A DNA stretch of 63,973 bases, the filler included, from Reclinomonas americana ATCC 50394 (Eukaryota): assembly GCA_048213135.1 (NCBI GenBank). It is 14 parts of 6 records of this genome, joined end to end, with 100 filler letters (N's around TTAATTAATTAA, not from the genome) between each part and the next. Parts side by side here need not be neighbours in the genome. Positions count along the whole stretch, not along the records: positions 49,736 to 53,058 come from PS015590.1; positions 53,159 to 55,590 come from PS015590.1; positions 55,691 to 58,341 come from PS015594.1; positions 58,442 to 59,625 come from PS015594.1; positions 59,726 to 61,338 come from PS015601.1; positions 61,439 to 62,872 come from PS015602.1; 8 more parts are not named here. One strand, given 5' to 3'. Made by a program: the position numbers and the translations under genes. Positions 50,872 to 62,972 of the stretch are shown piece by piece; positions within the stretch are counted from its first letter, which is position 1; every line of letters begins with the position of its first letter. The notes beneath the pieces were generated by a model that was given only the letters and a program-made list of their open reading frames with translations, was not told the DNA's origin and did no database searches.

Positions 50872-53017
50872 TCGCAAGGAGTGAGTCTTCGCCTCACAAG
50901 AGGGTGCAGCCAAATAAAATGAACCTGCGGGTGCGTGAAGATGACGGGCGAGGTTCCATGGCAGAGCTGCGCTGACGATGTCTGCGCTCGTTCTGTGAAT
51001 CGAGCTGGAGTGAGTATGCAGGGAGCGAGAGAGCGGTGGCGCCGAGTCGCTCACCTCCGCGTCGACCATGTGTTCGCGAATCTCGGCCAGCTTTCTCCAA
51101 TGATCGGCGTCGGCACGGGCCTCCTGCAGCGACTCGTGCAGCTACCACATGCAGACGGGTAAGGCAAGCAATCCCACTGCCGCGCTCCAAATCCCTATTC
51201 GCAGCAAACCTTTTTCTGAATCTTCACCACTGTCTTGAGCTCCCTCGCCACGTCGGAGACATGCGCATTCAATCTGTGCGCGTTAATGGTGAGTTCCACT
51301 CGCTCGCCAGTGATCGCAACGTTCCTCCGCTGACCTTCCGCACTCGTCACGCATCGGCTTGGTCATTACGTCCACCAGTTCGCGGCTGCGCTCCGACGCT
51401 CGCTCCGCCGTGTTGTTGACATCCGACACACGCATCTGCAGCAGCACACATCAGCAACAGCACAGCCCATTGTATGTTCACTTCCCCCCCGCAACTCGCA
51501 GCGTCTCTTCTGCCTTGGCGCGGTCCTCCTGTTCGCGACTCAGGAGCTGATTGGTGCGATACAGTTCCTGCTCGAGAGCGTTGATGCGCTCGCGCAACTC
51601 GCGCTGCGATGCGTGTTTTCTTGAGCACAACAAGCCACGCATACAACATTCGGTGTTGTCCACACCTCGTGGCGAGACTCGCGGTCAGCCATGCTCTTGA
51701 CGTACGCCGCCAGACGACTCTCCGTGTCGCTGACGACAGCCAGTGTGTTTTCCTTGCCCACTTCGGCCATGTTGGCCACGGCCTCTTGCTGGTGGAACAG
51801 CCTGCGCCATCATCCAGGGGTGAGCGAAAATGGCAAACGAATTCCTGTGCGCCTGCTTGCCTGCCGCAACTGTTCCACACGGCGGTTCATCTGCTCCGTC
51901 AACTCGTCGCACCGAGCCACTCGGTGCAACGCTTCATCGGCCTCCACACGCACGTCGCGCAGCGCATGACCCATGTCGGTAATGCGCACCTCGGTGGTGC
52001 GCTGCACGGCCTCTGCGTTCACATGAAGACCGTCCAAGCGACTACCACCAGCACAGACACAAATGAGAAACCACAATCCCCCCCCCCCCCCCGTCCACGC
52101 ATGTGCGCAATTCCTCACCGCGCAGTCTCCTCGGCATTGCGTTTCACCGACTCGAGCATGTCAGCCATCTGCGAGTGCGACTCCATGCACACCCGCAGCT
52201 CCGTCCACGTCTGCTTGTTGGCCTCCTCGAGGTTCCGCATGTGATCCCGAGCCACGCTCTTGGCCTCGGCGCGAGCTGTCTCCTCCACCGCGCCCTGCCG
52301 ATCGCACACACCATCCAGGCGCACGCGATCCTCCCCCATGCGTCGCTCCAGTGCCGCCAGACGTCGTTCCGTCTCCTGCGTTCAACGCGTTGGCAACTGT
52401 ACCAAGTTGTCTCTCTTTGCGACGGATCTCACCTGTTCGCGATCATCGCCCAACGTGCGTAGCAAGTTGCACAGCTTGGTGGCATTGTTGAGCTTCTCCT
52501 CCTGCGTCAGCATCTGATGCGCCAGCTGCTCGATGCGATCGGAGAACCCCTGCACAGTCATGCATGCCGACGATACCTGGGATCGATCAAAACAGCGAGT
52601 GAGCAAGAAAAGGAGGCACCGCCTGGAGCGGAGAGGTGCGCACCTGCTCGAGTTGTGTCTCCAGAAAGGCGACATAGGCGTTGCGATCGACGGTGAGACG
52701 CTGTGTTGGGTCGCCGAGTGCCGCCGCCTCCTGTTTTTCCAGGATCGTGTGAGAAATGGTGAGTCGACAAAAGAGAGAGTGACGAGAGAGAGAGAGAAAG
52801 AGAGAAGGCCAGCTACGTTCTCTCTTGTGTGGAGAGAGTGCACGGAAGACGATGAGAAAGAAGCCGTTGTTCCGCTCACGAAAGTATCATTTCTCACGGC
52901 TGACTCTGCTTCTCACTCAAGTTTCCCCTTCTCCGCCCGCCTCTGTCCCCCTCCTCCTCCTGCTCGCCGCACCCTTCGTTTCTTGAGGTACTCGTGATAG
53001 TACGAGTTGCCCGACAT
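50872..53017 (-). CDS. Uncharacterised long coiled-coil protein (may continue into 49736-50032)
   Basis: Start MSGNSYYHEYLKKRR at 53017. Exons include DRNAYVAFLETQLEQ|VSSACMTVQGFSDRIEQLAHQMLTQEEKLNNATKL and several heptad-rich segments. Confidence 0.7.
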
Positions 53018-54633
53018 GTTTCAGAAAGAAAAACTGGCAAGCTTCCGGACCGTTGCTGNNNNNNNNNNNNNNNNNNNNNNNNNNNNNNNNNNNNNNNNNN
53101 NNTTAATTAATTAANNNNNNNNNNNNNNNNNNNNNNNNNNNNNNNNNNNNNNNNNNNNGGTGCCGACGCCACTCGACGAGGAGCCGACCAGAGTCTCGAT
53201 TCGAGGTCCTCTCCGGTTGCCCATCCCGAGGACGGGGAGGGAGGCGTCTGGCGAAAGGGAAAGGGGTGAGAAGAGAAGGGGAAGGGGGAAGAAGGGGAAG
53301 GGGTGAGAAGGGGTGAGAAGGGGAAGGGGGAAGAAGGGAAGGGAGGGGAGAGAGAACAACTTGTCGCGGTTAAGGGGGTATTCGAACACAAAGTGTGAAG
53401 GAAAGAGGGCAACGATGACAGAAAAAATAGAGGGAGAGGAAGATAACGTGGACCGAGATGAGCGCATGGTCGACAGAATGAATATACACGAGTTGCAAGC
53501 GAGCAATACGACAAGAGCTTCTCTCCAACATGCTGCACGTNNNNNNNNNNNNNNNNNNNNNNNNNNNNNNNNNNNNNNNNNNNNNNNNNNNNNNNNNNNN
53601 NNNNNNNNNNNNNNNNNNNNNNNNNNNNNNNNNNNNNNNNNNNNNNNNNNNNNNNNNNNNNNNNNNNNNNNNNNNNNNNNNNNNNNNNNNNNNNNNNNNN
53701 NNNNNNNNNNNNNNNNNNNNNNNNNNNNNNNNNNNNNNNNNNNNNNNNNNNNNNNNNNNNNNNNNNNNNNNNNNNNNNNNNNNNNNNNNNNNNNNNNNNN
53801 NNNNNNNNNNNNNNNNNNNNNNNNNNNNNNNNNNNNNNNNNNNNNNNNNNNNNNNNNNNNNNNNNNNNNNNNNNNNNNNNNNNNNNNNNNNNNNNNNNNN
53901 NNNNNNNNNNNNNNNNNNNNNNNNNNNNNNNNNNNNNNNNNNNNNNNNNNNNNNNNNNNNNNNNNNNNNNNNNNNNNNNNNNNNNNNNNNNNNNNNNNNN
54001 NNNNNNNNNNNNNNNNNNNNNNNNNNNNNNNNNNNNNNNNNNNNNNNNNNNNNNNNNNNNNNNNNNNNNNNNNNNGCAAAAGAGGTCAACTATAACATTC
54101 ACAGTGAGAGAGAGAGAGAGAGACAAAGGAAAAAAGTGTCTGCATCATGTTGCACTTGGCGCAGACAGAGCGAAAGAGGTAGTAGATTAACTGTGACTTA
54201 GAGAGACAGAGAGTGAAATAAGAAACAAATAAGTGCACATCGTTGAGGAAAAGACAGAAAACTGCACAACAGCGTCACACAAGTATTTCAGTGAACACCG
54301 ATATGCGTGATAGGAGTCGCCAGCCAAAGAGAGAGAGAGGAGGGGGGGGAGGGAGAGAGAGAGAGAGCAGAAGACTACATGTGCTGCGAAACTGCAGAAG
54401 GACGCGCAGAAACAACGCAAACGAGACAGGTGACGCCAGGCAGAGAGAGAGAGAGAGAGAGAAAAGAGAGAAGAGAGAAAGATGAACAATACATCTTCTG
54501 TGACATTCCGACAAGAAACAATGAGGAGCGAGAAAGTGGTCTTCGACCAGGTCAGAAAGCGTGCGTACAGAGAGGACCAAAAAATCCCCAACGTATCCCT
54601 TTGAGCCCCCCTTTCCTTTCCCACCTTCCCCCT

Positions 54634-55590
54634 TCACTCACCACTCCGCTGCCTCTCCAGCGCACTCGCCGTAATGGGCGTGCTGCCATCCGTCACCGCT
54701 GGCGTCACTTCGTGGAATCTACCGTCGGCTGCTCCACCGGCGCCACCACCACCACCACCACCACCGCCGCCGCCGCTGCTCAGCGAGTGACCGCCCGACG
54801 TCAGTGTCCGTGAAAACGTGTTGGACAGCGACCGCTCGGTGGTCTGCGCGTCAGTCGGATACGAGTCGGCAAACAGCTGCGCCTCTTGCACGCGAGCCGT
54901 CAGCCAGCCCGGTGTGCCGCTGCCGAGCGACTCTGCTCCCTGCACCAGGTGCTCCACTCGCGACTGCTCGGCCAGTGCGGCAGCCGCTGCCGCTGCTGCG
55001 CTGCCCGGCGCACCACGACTCGACAGACTGCCGTTAGGCGCCTCCGAGTCTCCACCGCCACTACCATTGCTGCTACTACCACCACCACCGTTACCGCCAC
55101 CACCACCACCAAGCGCGTCGCCGGCACCGTCATCCAACGCCGACGGCATGAGAATAATGGTGGCCGAGCTCTGGCTGGCCTGCGGGGGCGAGCCGAAACT
55201 CAGCGGTGTGCCCACCGACGCGACAGTCACAGGCGACGCGTAATCGTCGCTCTCCGCTTGTAATGAGTGCGCCGAGTACGGCGACAGAATATCGCTGTCG
55301 TCCATGGCCGCTGATGCCGCAGACGGTGTCGGTGTTGACGACGACTGTTTCGCCGACTTGAACCACCATCCGTCGCCGTTCTCGCGCGGTCTGAACAGCG
55401 TCGACGGCAGATTCGGAAACGCATGACTGCCACCACCCTCCGCACCCTCCTCCGCCTGCGGCTCCACCAGATCTGGTCGGTGATCGGACCGATATCTGCG
55501 AAGCTCGTCTCGCACCGGACGCGGCTGCAGTGCATCCAAATCAACTTGCTTGGCAAACGCATTGCGCGCGCCTCCGTGTCTGTCCAACAA
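54634..55590 (-). CDS. S/G/A-rich exon of an unidentified protein
   Basis: About 950-nt open frame from the linker, ending at a G|GTGAGT donor near 54640; no domain recognised. Confidence 0.5.
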   Translation of the reverse strand: MLDRHGGARNAFAKQVDLDALQPRPVRDELRRYRSDHRPDLVEPQAEEGAEGGGSHAFPNLPSTLFRPRENGDGWWFKSAKQSSSTPTPSAASAAMDDSDILSPYSAHSLQAESDDYASPVTVASVGTPLSFGSPPQASQSSATIILMPSALDDGAGDALGGGGGGNGGGGSSSNGSGGGDSEAPNGSLSSRGAPGSAAAAAAAALAEQSRVEHLVQGAESLGSGTPGWLTARVQEAQLFADSYPTDAQTTERSLSNTFSRTLTSGGHSLSSGGGGGGGGGGGAGGAADGRFHEVTPAVTDGSTPITASALERQRSGE

Positions 55591-56542
55591 NNNNNNNNNN
55601 NNNNNNNNNNNNNNNNNNNNNNNNNNNNNNNNNNTTAATTAATTAANNNNNNNNNNNNNNNNNNNNNNNNNNNNNNNNNNNNNNNNNNNNGAGGAGCACA
55701 CGCACACACACACACACACGAGAGAGAGAGAGATACAACGCAGTGTGAGTGAAAGCTTAGTCTCGTCTTCACTCGTGCTCACTTACTCAGCACAAAGACT
55801 CACTCTCTCTCTCACACACACACGCACTCTCACTCTCACACACATACACACACAGTCACACACAGTCTCGTTCACTCTCTCTCGCTCACACACACTCAAG
55901 CTCTCTCCTCCCTCTCACACACACACTCTTCTCTTCCTCCTCCTCACACATACACGGCACATGTATCAGACAGAGGAAGTGAGAGCCGCGCCATGTCCTC
56001 TCTCTCTCTCTCCCTCTCTCGCTCTCACCACTCTCTGCTTCGGCTTCCTCCTCTGCTACTGCATGAGCAGGTGCGAGGTCATCGGCGATGGGCGATGCGG
56101 CGACGGCTGACGGCGAGGACATGGATGCGAGTTTGATCGTCGGATCGGTCGATCGGGAACTGTACTGTAATTGGCTCGGAGAAACGGCGTGAGGGGTGCA
56201 AGCTGTTTTCGTGACTGAAATACGAGTAGCGATGCTATGATCCGCCAGCTACAGTTCCAGGAAACGGAGATGACGCGCAGAATGATTGAGCTGAGATTTC
56301 AACATACTCCGGATCCGGAATTCGAGCTATGGCCAAGCGAAAGCGTCTGCAGCCTAGCATGCAGAGGCAGCAGGTGCAGTGAGAGGATTTGCCTGATGAC
56401 GTGGTCACTTGTTCCCAGATGCTGCTCGGAGATACGCGTGCTTGCATTGAATAGGAATTCCGGCCAAATCATCATCGACAGGTATTATTGCCTGCAGATT
56501 ACTGACAGGAGGAACACTTCCGTGATTCCTGCTCCCCACCTC

Positions 56543-56581
<39 letters not shown>

Positions 56582-56585
<4 letters not shown>

Positions 56586-58210
56586 TCCACTAACCACACT
56601 TCGTAGTCCTGCACCCGGAACTTTTGCGACCCCACCAGCGTTGTGTCCGAGTATTGACCACCATCAGCGGCCACATATGTTCCTACACCAAGTCGGGAGT
56701 ACGATGCCTCGTTCGCGTCACAGCGATTCCCAATGGAGAGGCACACAGCATGTCGACTGCCAAAGCACGGTCCGCTCTGTGGGTCACTGAAAATTGCGTC
56801 AACCGAGGCGTTCGCCGGTGCAGCGGCATTAAAAGTGCCTCGGAACACAGGCTGTGCTGGTGGTCGGATACCACGATCGCGATCACCACCTGCAGCAAGG
56901 ACAAATCGACGAGGAGGCTGACCATTTGCTGACGCCGAAAACAAGAAGCTGCACTGACTCGCGTCTGAGGCCAGTACCACTTGTCCATCCGAGGACCACG
57001 GAACGGGCGTGTACCCCCCGCACACACGCCCCGTGGTAGTTCGAACCACCGTGAGCGTGGGACTGTTCGCGGAGTGACGTGAGGACGAAGCGTGCTGTTT
57101 CATACCACGCGTTGAGGAAGTACAAACTCACCCGCGATAATCGCAGCAGCGATGGAAGTCCGCAGCGGTGAACCCGTTGACTGATGCACGATATAGCCTC
57201 TTCAGTTGAGGTTTTGCTCCACCCCATGCGGCAGAGAGCCATTGCATCAGCTGTACATAGTCCGCGGGTGGCACCAAGTCGCTTCCGACACGGCCATTTC
57301 TCGATTGTGGGACCAGCTTTTCCACCCTCTCAGGACAGCATCGATACAACATCCACTGGTCGACTCGCTCCTTCGGAAAGCACTGCGAGTCGTAAACATT
57401 GCCGAAACACCTGGTGACACGCATGAGCTGCTGAAGAAAAGAGAGTGTGGCACACAGTTCGAAGATCTATCTAGAACACCTTTCAAACGGAAGGCACAAG
57501 AGACGAATGAATTCCTGCAGCGGGGCAGTGGCTTCGACCATGCGAGCTCGTTCTTCTGCCGTCCATTGCTGTGGCTGCACAGTTCTGACTTCAGCGTGGT
57601 CCTGCTCAACGGACATGTACAACTGTTGGTTAGCTATCGCAGACTCGAAGAACGATGCAGACACGTGCACATACCGCGCATACGCCATCATCACTGCGAA
57701 ACAGTCTTCCTCTTCGCAGCAGAGGGTCAGTCGGCGGAGTATCAATGTGAAAGCATCGATGCTGAGGTATGGCACTTGTGGATTGTCAGGTGCCAAGACG
57801 ACGACGGCGTCGCGGTCAATCACGCGCAGACAGTCGTCCACAATCTTCAGCTCGTCGTGAGCCATGGCTCCGGCCTGCAAGAGGTAAATGCGCGGGTGGG
57901 ATAAGAGATCACAAACAAAACAATCCTAATACGCAATAAACGCAACAAGCAGTGGCAGCACATTTTGTGCATCGATGCTCTTGTTGATAACATCCCGGCA
58001 GTAGGCCACCAGTGCCTCGATGCGTAGCTCATCGGCAGCGCGCATCAAATCAAAGGCGTCTTCGACCCTCACAGTGGCGATGCCCTGTGTGATAGTGAGT
58101 AAGTTGTGAGGCTCAGTGAAGCAATTAGCATGTGGCATATTGCATGGAACCTGGTGGAAGTAGTCGAGGATGATTCGCATCAGGTCGGGGCGGATGTTTG
58201 GCTTCTCTCT
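56582..58210 (-). CDS. BTB/POZ(-BACK)-TLDc domain protein (5' end missing)
   Basis: BTB tail PDLMRIILDYFHQG...AFDLMRAADELRIEALVAYC. TLDc LKRLYRASVNGFTAADFHRCCD|PTLTVVRT...GGYT...W...FLFS...GPCFG...FRVQDYEVW. Confidence 0.88.
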
Positions 58211-58444
58211 GTGACGCGATGAAGAGAGTGAGCGCGCAGGAGGAAGAAATACCAAGGTAGCGTTAGCGCTAGCAGGAAACGCAAGATAAGAAGCACTATT
58301 GCCAGCGGCAACATGCCGAGATGAAAGAGACATCAACAAGGNNNNNNNNNNNNNNNNNNNNNNNNNNNNNNNNNNNNNNNNNNNNTTAATTAATTAANNN
58401 NNNNNNNNNNNNNNNNNNNNNNNNNNNNNNNNNNNNNNNNNATC

Positions 58445-59625
58445 ATGCGTCGCTTTGAGTTTACTCTGCTCGGTGAGTACTCTGTCAATCACTCTCATCA
58501 GCAGAGAAGACTGTGACAACACAAAGAAAGAGAATGATATCTCCGATTCTCAACTCCGCTGTGTGCTCTCTCTCTCTCTCACACGCACGCGCACTATCAT
58601 TGAGAGAGAAGGATATGTGTGAGGATAGACAGGTGGTTATATGTGCACAATGCAAGACAATGCAATCACAGTGATGCACAGAGAGGTAGAGACCTCACTC
58701 AGTCACCCCCTTCTCTCTCTCACTCACTCTCTTCCTGTGAGAATGAAAGACTATGTAGACCAGTGACTGCATGCACACAATGCAAGCCACTCATCCACAG
58801 AGAAAGAGAGGAAGAGAGAGAGAGGGAGAGTCTCTCATGTCTCTCGTATTTCTGCTTCTCTCGCCCTCTCACTCCTTTTTCTCTCTCACTCTCTCCCTCT
58901 CTACCCTTGAGAGCTAAAGTCTCTGTAGACCTGCGCCTGCATGCACTCTATGCACTACAACCCATCCACTATGACACAGAGAAAGAGAGTGACAGAATCT
59001 CTCTCGTTTGTCTGCATCTCTCTCTCTCTCTCTTCTCTCTCTCACACACGCTCACTGAGAGAGAGAGAGAGAGACTATGATGATCAGTGGTTGTATGCGC
59101 ACAATGCAAGATAACTCGTTCACAGTGATACACCCGTGAGAGAGAGAGAGAGAGTCACTTGTCTCTCCCTCTCTCACGTTTTCTGCTCTCTCTCACACAC
59201 ACTCACACATTCACACACGGAGTGAGAGTCTCTGCAGACCAATGACTGCATGTACACAATGCAAGGCATCCACAGTGACACAGAGAGAGTCACTTGTCCT
59301 TCTCTCTCTCTCTCCTGTTTTCTGCCACTCTCACTCTCTCACTCCCTTCTCTCTCTCTCACACACACACACCTGTAGCGCCTGCTAGAACTCACTCACTC
59401 TCCCTTTCTTTTCTTCTACTCTCCCTTTCTCTCTCTCTCTCTCTCTCACTCCCCTTCCCTTTCCCGTTTACTCTCCCTCCCTCCCGCAGCCGTTCTCGGC
59501 TGCACTGGCTTTCTACTGATCCGCTGGCTTCATCCGGGCGGAATCGGCGTGACTGTGCTGGTGATTGCGATTGCGCAGCTCGTGTCGGAGGGATATCGAT
59601 GGCAGATGATTCCGGCCTATGTGGG
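58445..59625 (+). CDS. N-terminus of a membrane-anchored PAF-acetylhydrolase-like alpha/beta hydrolase of bacterial type
   Basis: Exon 58445-58472 plus exon 59490-59625 give MRRFEFTLLAVLGCTGFLLIRWLHPGGIGVTVLVIAIAQLVSEGYRWQMIPAYV. The MRxxE start and EGYRWQMxPAY motif are recalled from bacterial hydrolases; the catalytic domain is not in view. Confidence 0.6.
58630..59300. repeat. Five degenerate ~120-170 bp repeats with CT/GA microsatellite spacers, intronic
   Basis: The core (GACCAGTGAC)TGCATG(C/T)ACACAATGCAAG...CACAGTGA.ACAGAGA recurs near 58631, 58749, 58919, 59073 and 59227. Confidence 0.7.
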
Positions 59626-59725
59626 NNNNNNNNNNNNNNNNNNNNNNNNNNNNNNNNNNNNNNNNNNNNTTAATTAATTAANNNNNNNNNNNNNNNNNNN
59701 NNNNNNNNNNNNNNNNNNNNNNNNN

Positions 59726-61338
59726 GACCGGCAGTATGGAAGCCGACACGATCAGCACCGGCTCGACGGTTGTTGCCGGTGGCTTGATCACCGGCGGCAG
59801 CGTGACGACGGCTGGTTATCTGCAGTCGGGCACTGTGAGCTCATTCGGTCTGGTCAGCGCTGGAAGCTTCACCACCACGGGAAGCATGCAAGCAGGCACG
59901 ATCAGCACCGGCTCGACGGTTGTTGCCGGCGGCTTGATCACTGGCGGCAGTGTGACGACGGCTGGTTACCTCCAGTCGGGCACTGTGAGCTCATTCGGTC
60001 TGGTCAGCGCCGGTAGCTTCACCACCACGGGCAGCATGCAAGCCGGTACCATCAGCACTGGCTCGACTGTGACAGCCGGCGGCTTGATCACCGGCGGCAG
60101 TGTGACGACAGCAGGCAGCATGCAGTCTGGCACTGTGAGCTCGTTCGGGTTGGTGAGCGGAGGCAGTTTGACGACAACTGGCAGCATGCAAGCTGGCACC
60201 ATCAGCACCGGCTCGACGGTTGTTGCCGGTGGCTTGGTCACCGGCGGCAGCGTGACGACGGCTGGTTATCTGCAGTCTGGCACTGTGAGCTCATTCGGTC
60301 TGGTGAGCGCCGGTAGCTTCACCACCACGGGAAGCATGCAAGCGGGCACGATCAGCACCGGCTCGACGGTTGTTGCTGGTGGCTTGATCACCGGCGGCAG
60401 CGTGACGACGGCAGGCAGCATGCAGTCTGGCACTGTGAGCTCGTTCGGCCTGGTCAGCGCTGGAAGCTTCACCACCACGGGAAGCATGCAAGCTGGCACC
60501 TTCAGCACTGGCTCGACGGTTGTTGCCGGCGGTTTGATCACTGGCGGCAGCGTGACGACGGCGGGTAGCATGCAGTCGGGCACTGTGAGCTCGTTTGGTC
60601 TGGTGAGTGCCGGAAGCTTCACCACAACGGGTAGCATGCAAGCTGGCACCATCAGCACCGGCTCGACTGTGACGGCTGGCGGCCTGATCACTGGCGGCAG
60701 TGTGACGACTGCTGGTTATCTGCAGTCTGGCACTGTGAGCTCATTCGGTCTGGTGAGTGGCGGCAGTTTTACCACCACGGGAAGCATGCAAGCCGGTACC
60801 ATCAGCACCGGCTCGACGGTTGTTGCCGGCGGACTGATCACCGGCGGCAGCGTGACGACGGCAGGCAGTATGCAGTCTGGCACTGTGAGCTCGTTCGGTT
60901 TGGTCAGCGGAGGCAGTGTGACGACGATAGGCAGTATGGAAGCCGGCACGATTAGCACTGGGTCGACTGTGATAGCCGGCGGTTTGATCACTGGCGGCAG
61001 TGTGACGACGGCAGGCAGCATGCAGTCTGGCACTGTGAGCTCATTCGGGTTGGTCAGTGCTGGTAGTTTCACCACGACGGGAAGCATGCAAGCTGGCACG
61101 ATCAGCACTGGCTCGACGGTTGTTGCTGGTGGCTTGATCACTGGCGGCAGCGTGACGACGGCGGGTTATCTGCAGTCCGGTGCTGTGAGCTCATTCGGTC
61201 TGGTGAGCGCCGGTAGCTTCACCACAACGGGTAGCATGCAAGCTGGCACCATCAGCACTGGCTCGACTGTGACAGCCGGCGGTTTGATCACTGGCGGCAG
61301 TGTGACGACAGCTGGTTACCTCCAGTCTGGCACTGTGA
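59726..61338 (+). CDS. G/S/T-rich protein made of ~10.7 tandem 50-aa (150-bp) repeats; both ends missing
   Basis: Unit LITGGSVTTAG-(Y/S)(L/M)QSGTVSSFG-LVSAGSFTTTG-SMQAGTISTGS-TVVAGG. Copies differ mostly at synonymous third positions; no stops or introns. Confidence 0.9.
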
Positions 61339-62069
61339 NNNNNNNNNNNNNNNNNNNNNNNNNNNNNNNNNNNNNNNNNNNNTTAATTAATTAANNNNNN
61401 NNNNNNNNNNNNNNNNNNNNNNNNNNNNNNNNNNNNNNTGCCAGTTCTAACTCGACACGCCATGAGCGTCAACTCACTCCGAGTCACGCATGTGAGTCAG
61501 GTGGAGAGGCAAGAACACACGATTCAGAAAGAGATCAATGAGGCAGAGAACTCGTGAGTGGCGTGCGCCACGCCAGTTGTCAGGGCACACACGCACGCGC
61601 GGGAAACGAGTGCGAAGGGCAAGTGCACTCCCTCCCTCCTCGTGGCGTGTGTGGCGAGAAGGGCGGCCTACTGAATCGATGCTTGACGCGCTCTCCATGT
61701 TCATGCGGTGCCAAAGTGAGAATGGGAGGCGGGTAATGATTGCCACTGGTCGCTGCTTCAACGCCGCGTTCGAATGACAAGGCGACATGGGGGCAAGCAC
61801 AAGGCGGGTGTGTGGGTGGGTGAGCGAGGACTCGCCCAACGCCGAGCAGAACGCGTGTTAGTTCATTCCGTGGTCTCATCTCAATCGCCCACACCCATCC
61901 ACACACACCTCGCACCCGGCATTCTCTTCTTGCACTCCCACTGCACTGTGCTGTGCTGTATCTGCTTTCCGGCTGCCTGCACTTGGCACGTGCAAGGGTG
62001 AGGCGGTGTGGCGGTCAACAGGAGAGAGTCGCGCAATGACAGCCATCGGTCTTCGTACATTCATTGAGC

Positions 62070-62367
62070 TCACTCCGTCCAACACCATCCAGGCGCACGG
62101 CGTTCAATCACCTCTGCATCCTCCAGTACAAAACACCGCAGCACAACATCGACGAGGATCCAGTCACGATCATCTTCGTCGACGAGCAGCTCGTTGATGG
62201 CCAGCACGGCTGATCGTGCGGCCGCAAGCTCCTGCCGCGCCAGCCCAGACGGCGTGGACCACACACGGATCGTTTTTTCCGCACTCCCACTCAGGATGTG
62301 CTGGCCATCGGGAGTAACGACGACAGAGTATACCCATCCAGTGTATTCCCCCCAACCGTCCAACACT
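62070..62367 (-). CDS. WD40-repeat-containing exon of a partial gene
   Basis: YTGWVYSVVVTPDGQHILSGSAEKTIRVW is a canonical WD40 blade, preceded by a pyrimidine-rich intron end. Confidence 0.7.
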
Positions 62368-62972
62368 GCGCAACAGGAACAAAGGAAAGAAAGAAGAAAC
62401 AATCAGATGAGAGAGTGGGTTGTGGCAAGAGGACAGACATCGCGAACGGGATGCAATGAGGGGAATGAGAGAGGAGTAGCGTGCTGCAATTACGCGGGTG
62501 CAAAAAGAAGAAGAGAAAGAGGGTAGGCACAAATCGGAATGGGGAGGAAGAGGATAGCAAGCGAGGAACGCGGCACAGTGACGAGCAAGCATCCCTCAAT
62601 CGACACGGAGCAGAATAATGCAAGACGAGAAGAAAGAGAGCGTGGGCGCACGGAGGCATGAACAATGCAAGTGCATGACATGAAGGAAGGAGAAAAGGGC
62701 GGATCTTGAGAAGCGGACGATAAAGACAGGAGGGAGGCATTGAAAGGGAAGCCATTGAAGAGCGATCAGCTGACACAGGAGAGAACGAAACGAGGTGAGG
62801 AGAAGCAGAGTGGGAGGAGTCGTGAAGGATGCAAGTGAAAAGAGATCAAGAAAGGAGAAAGGGGACCGAAAANNNNNNNNNNNNNNNNNNNNNNNNNNNN
62901 NNNNNNNNNNNNNNNNTTAATTAATTAANNNNNNNNNNNNNNNNNNNNNNNNNNNNNNNNNNNNNNNNNNNN

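Noticed and set aside
59966..61141. Minus-strand repetitive ORFs over the 150-bp repeat
   Set aside because: Broken by stops; the synonymous variation pattern supports the + frame.
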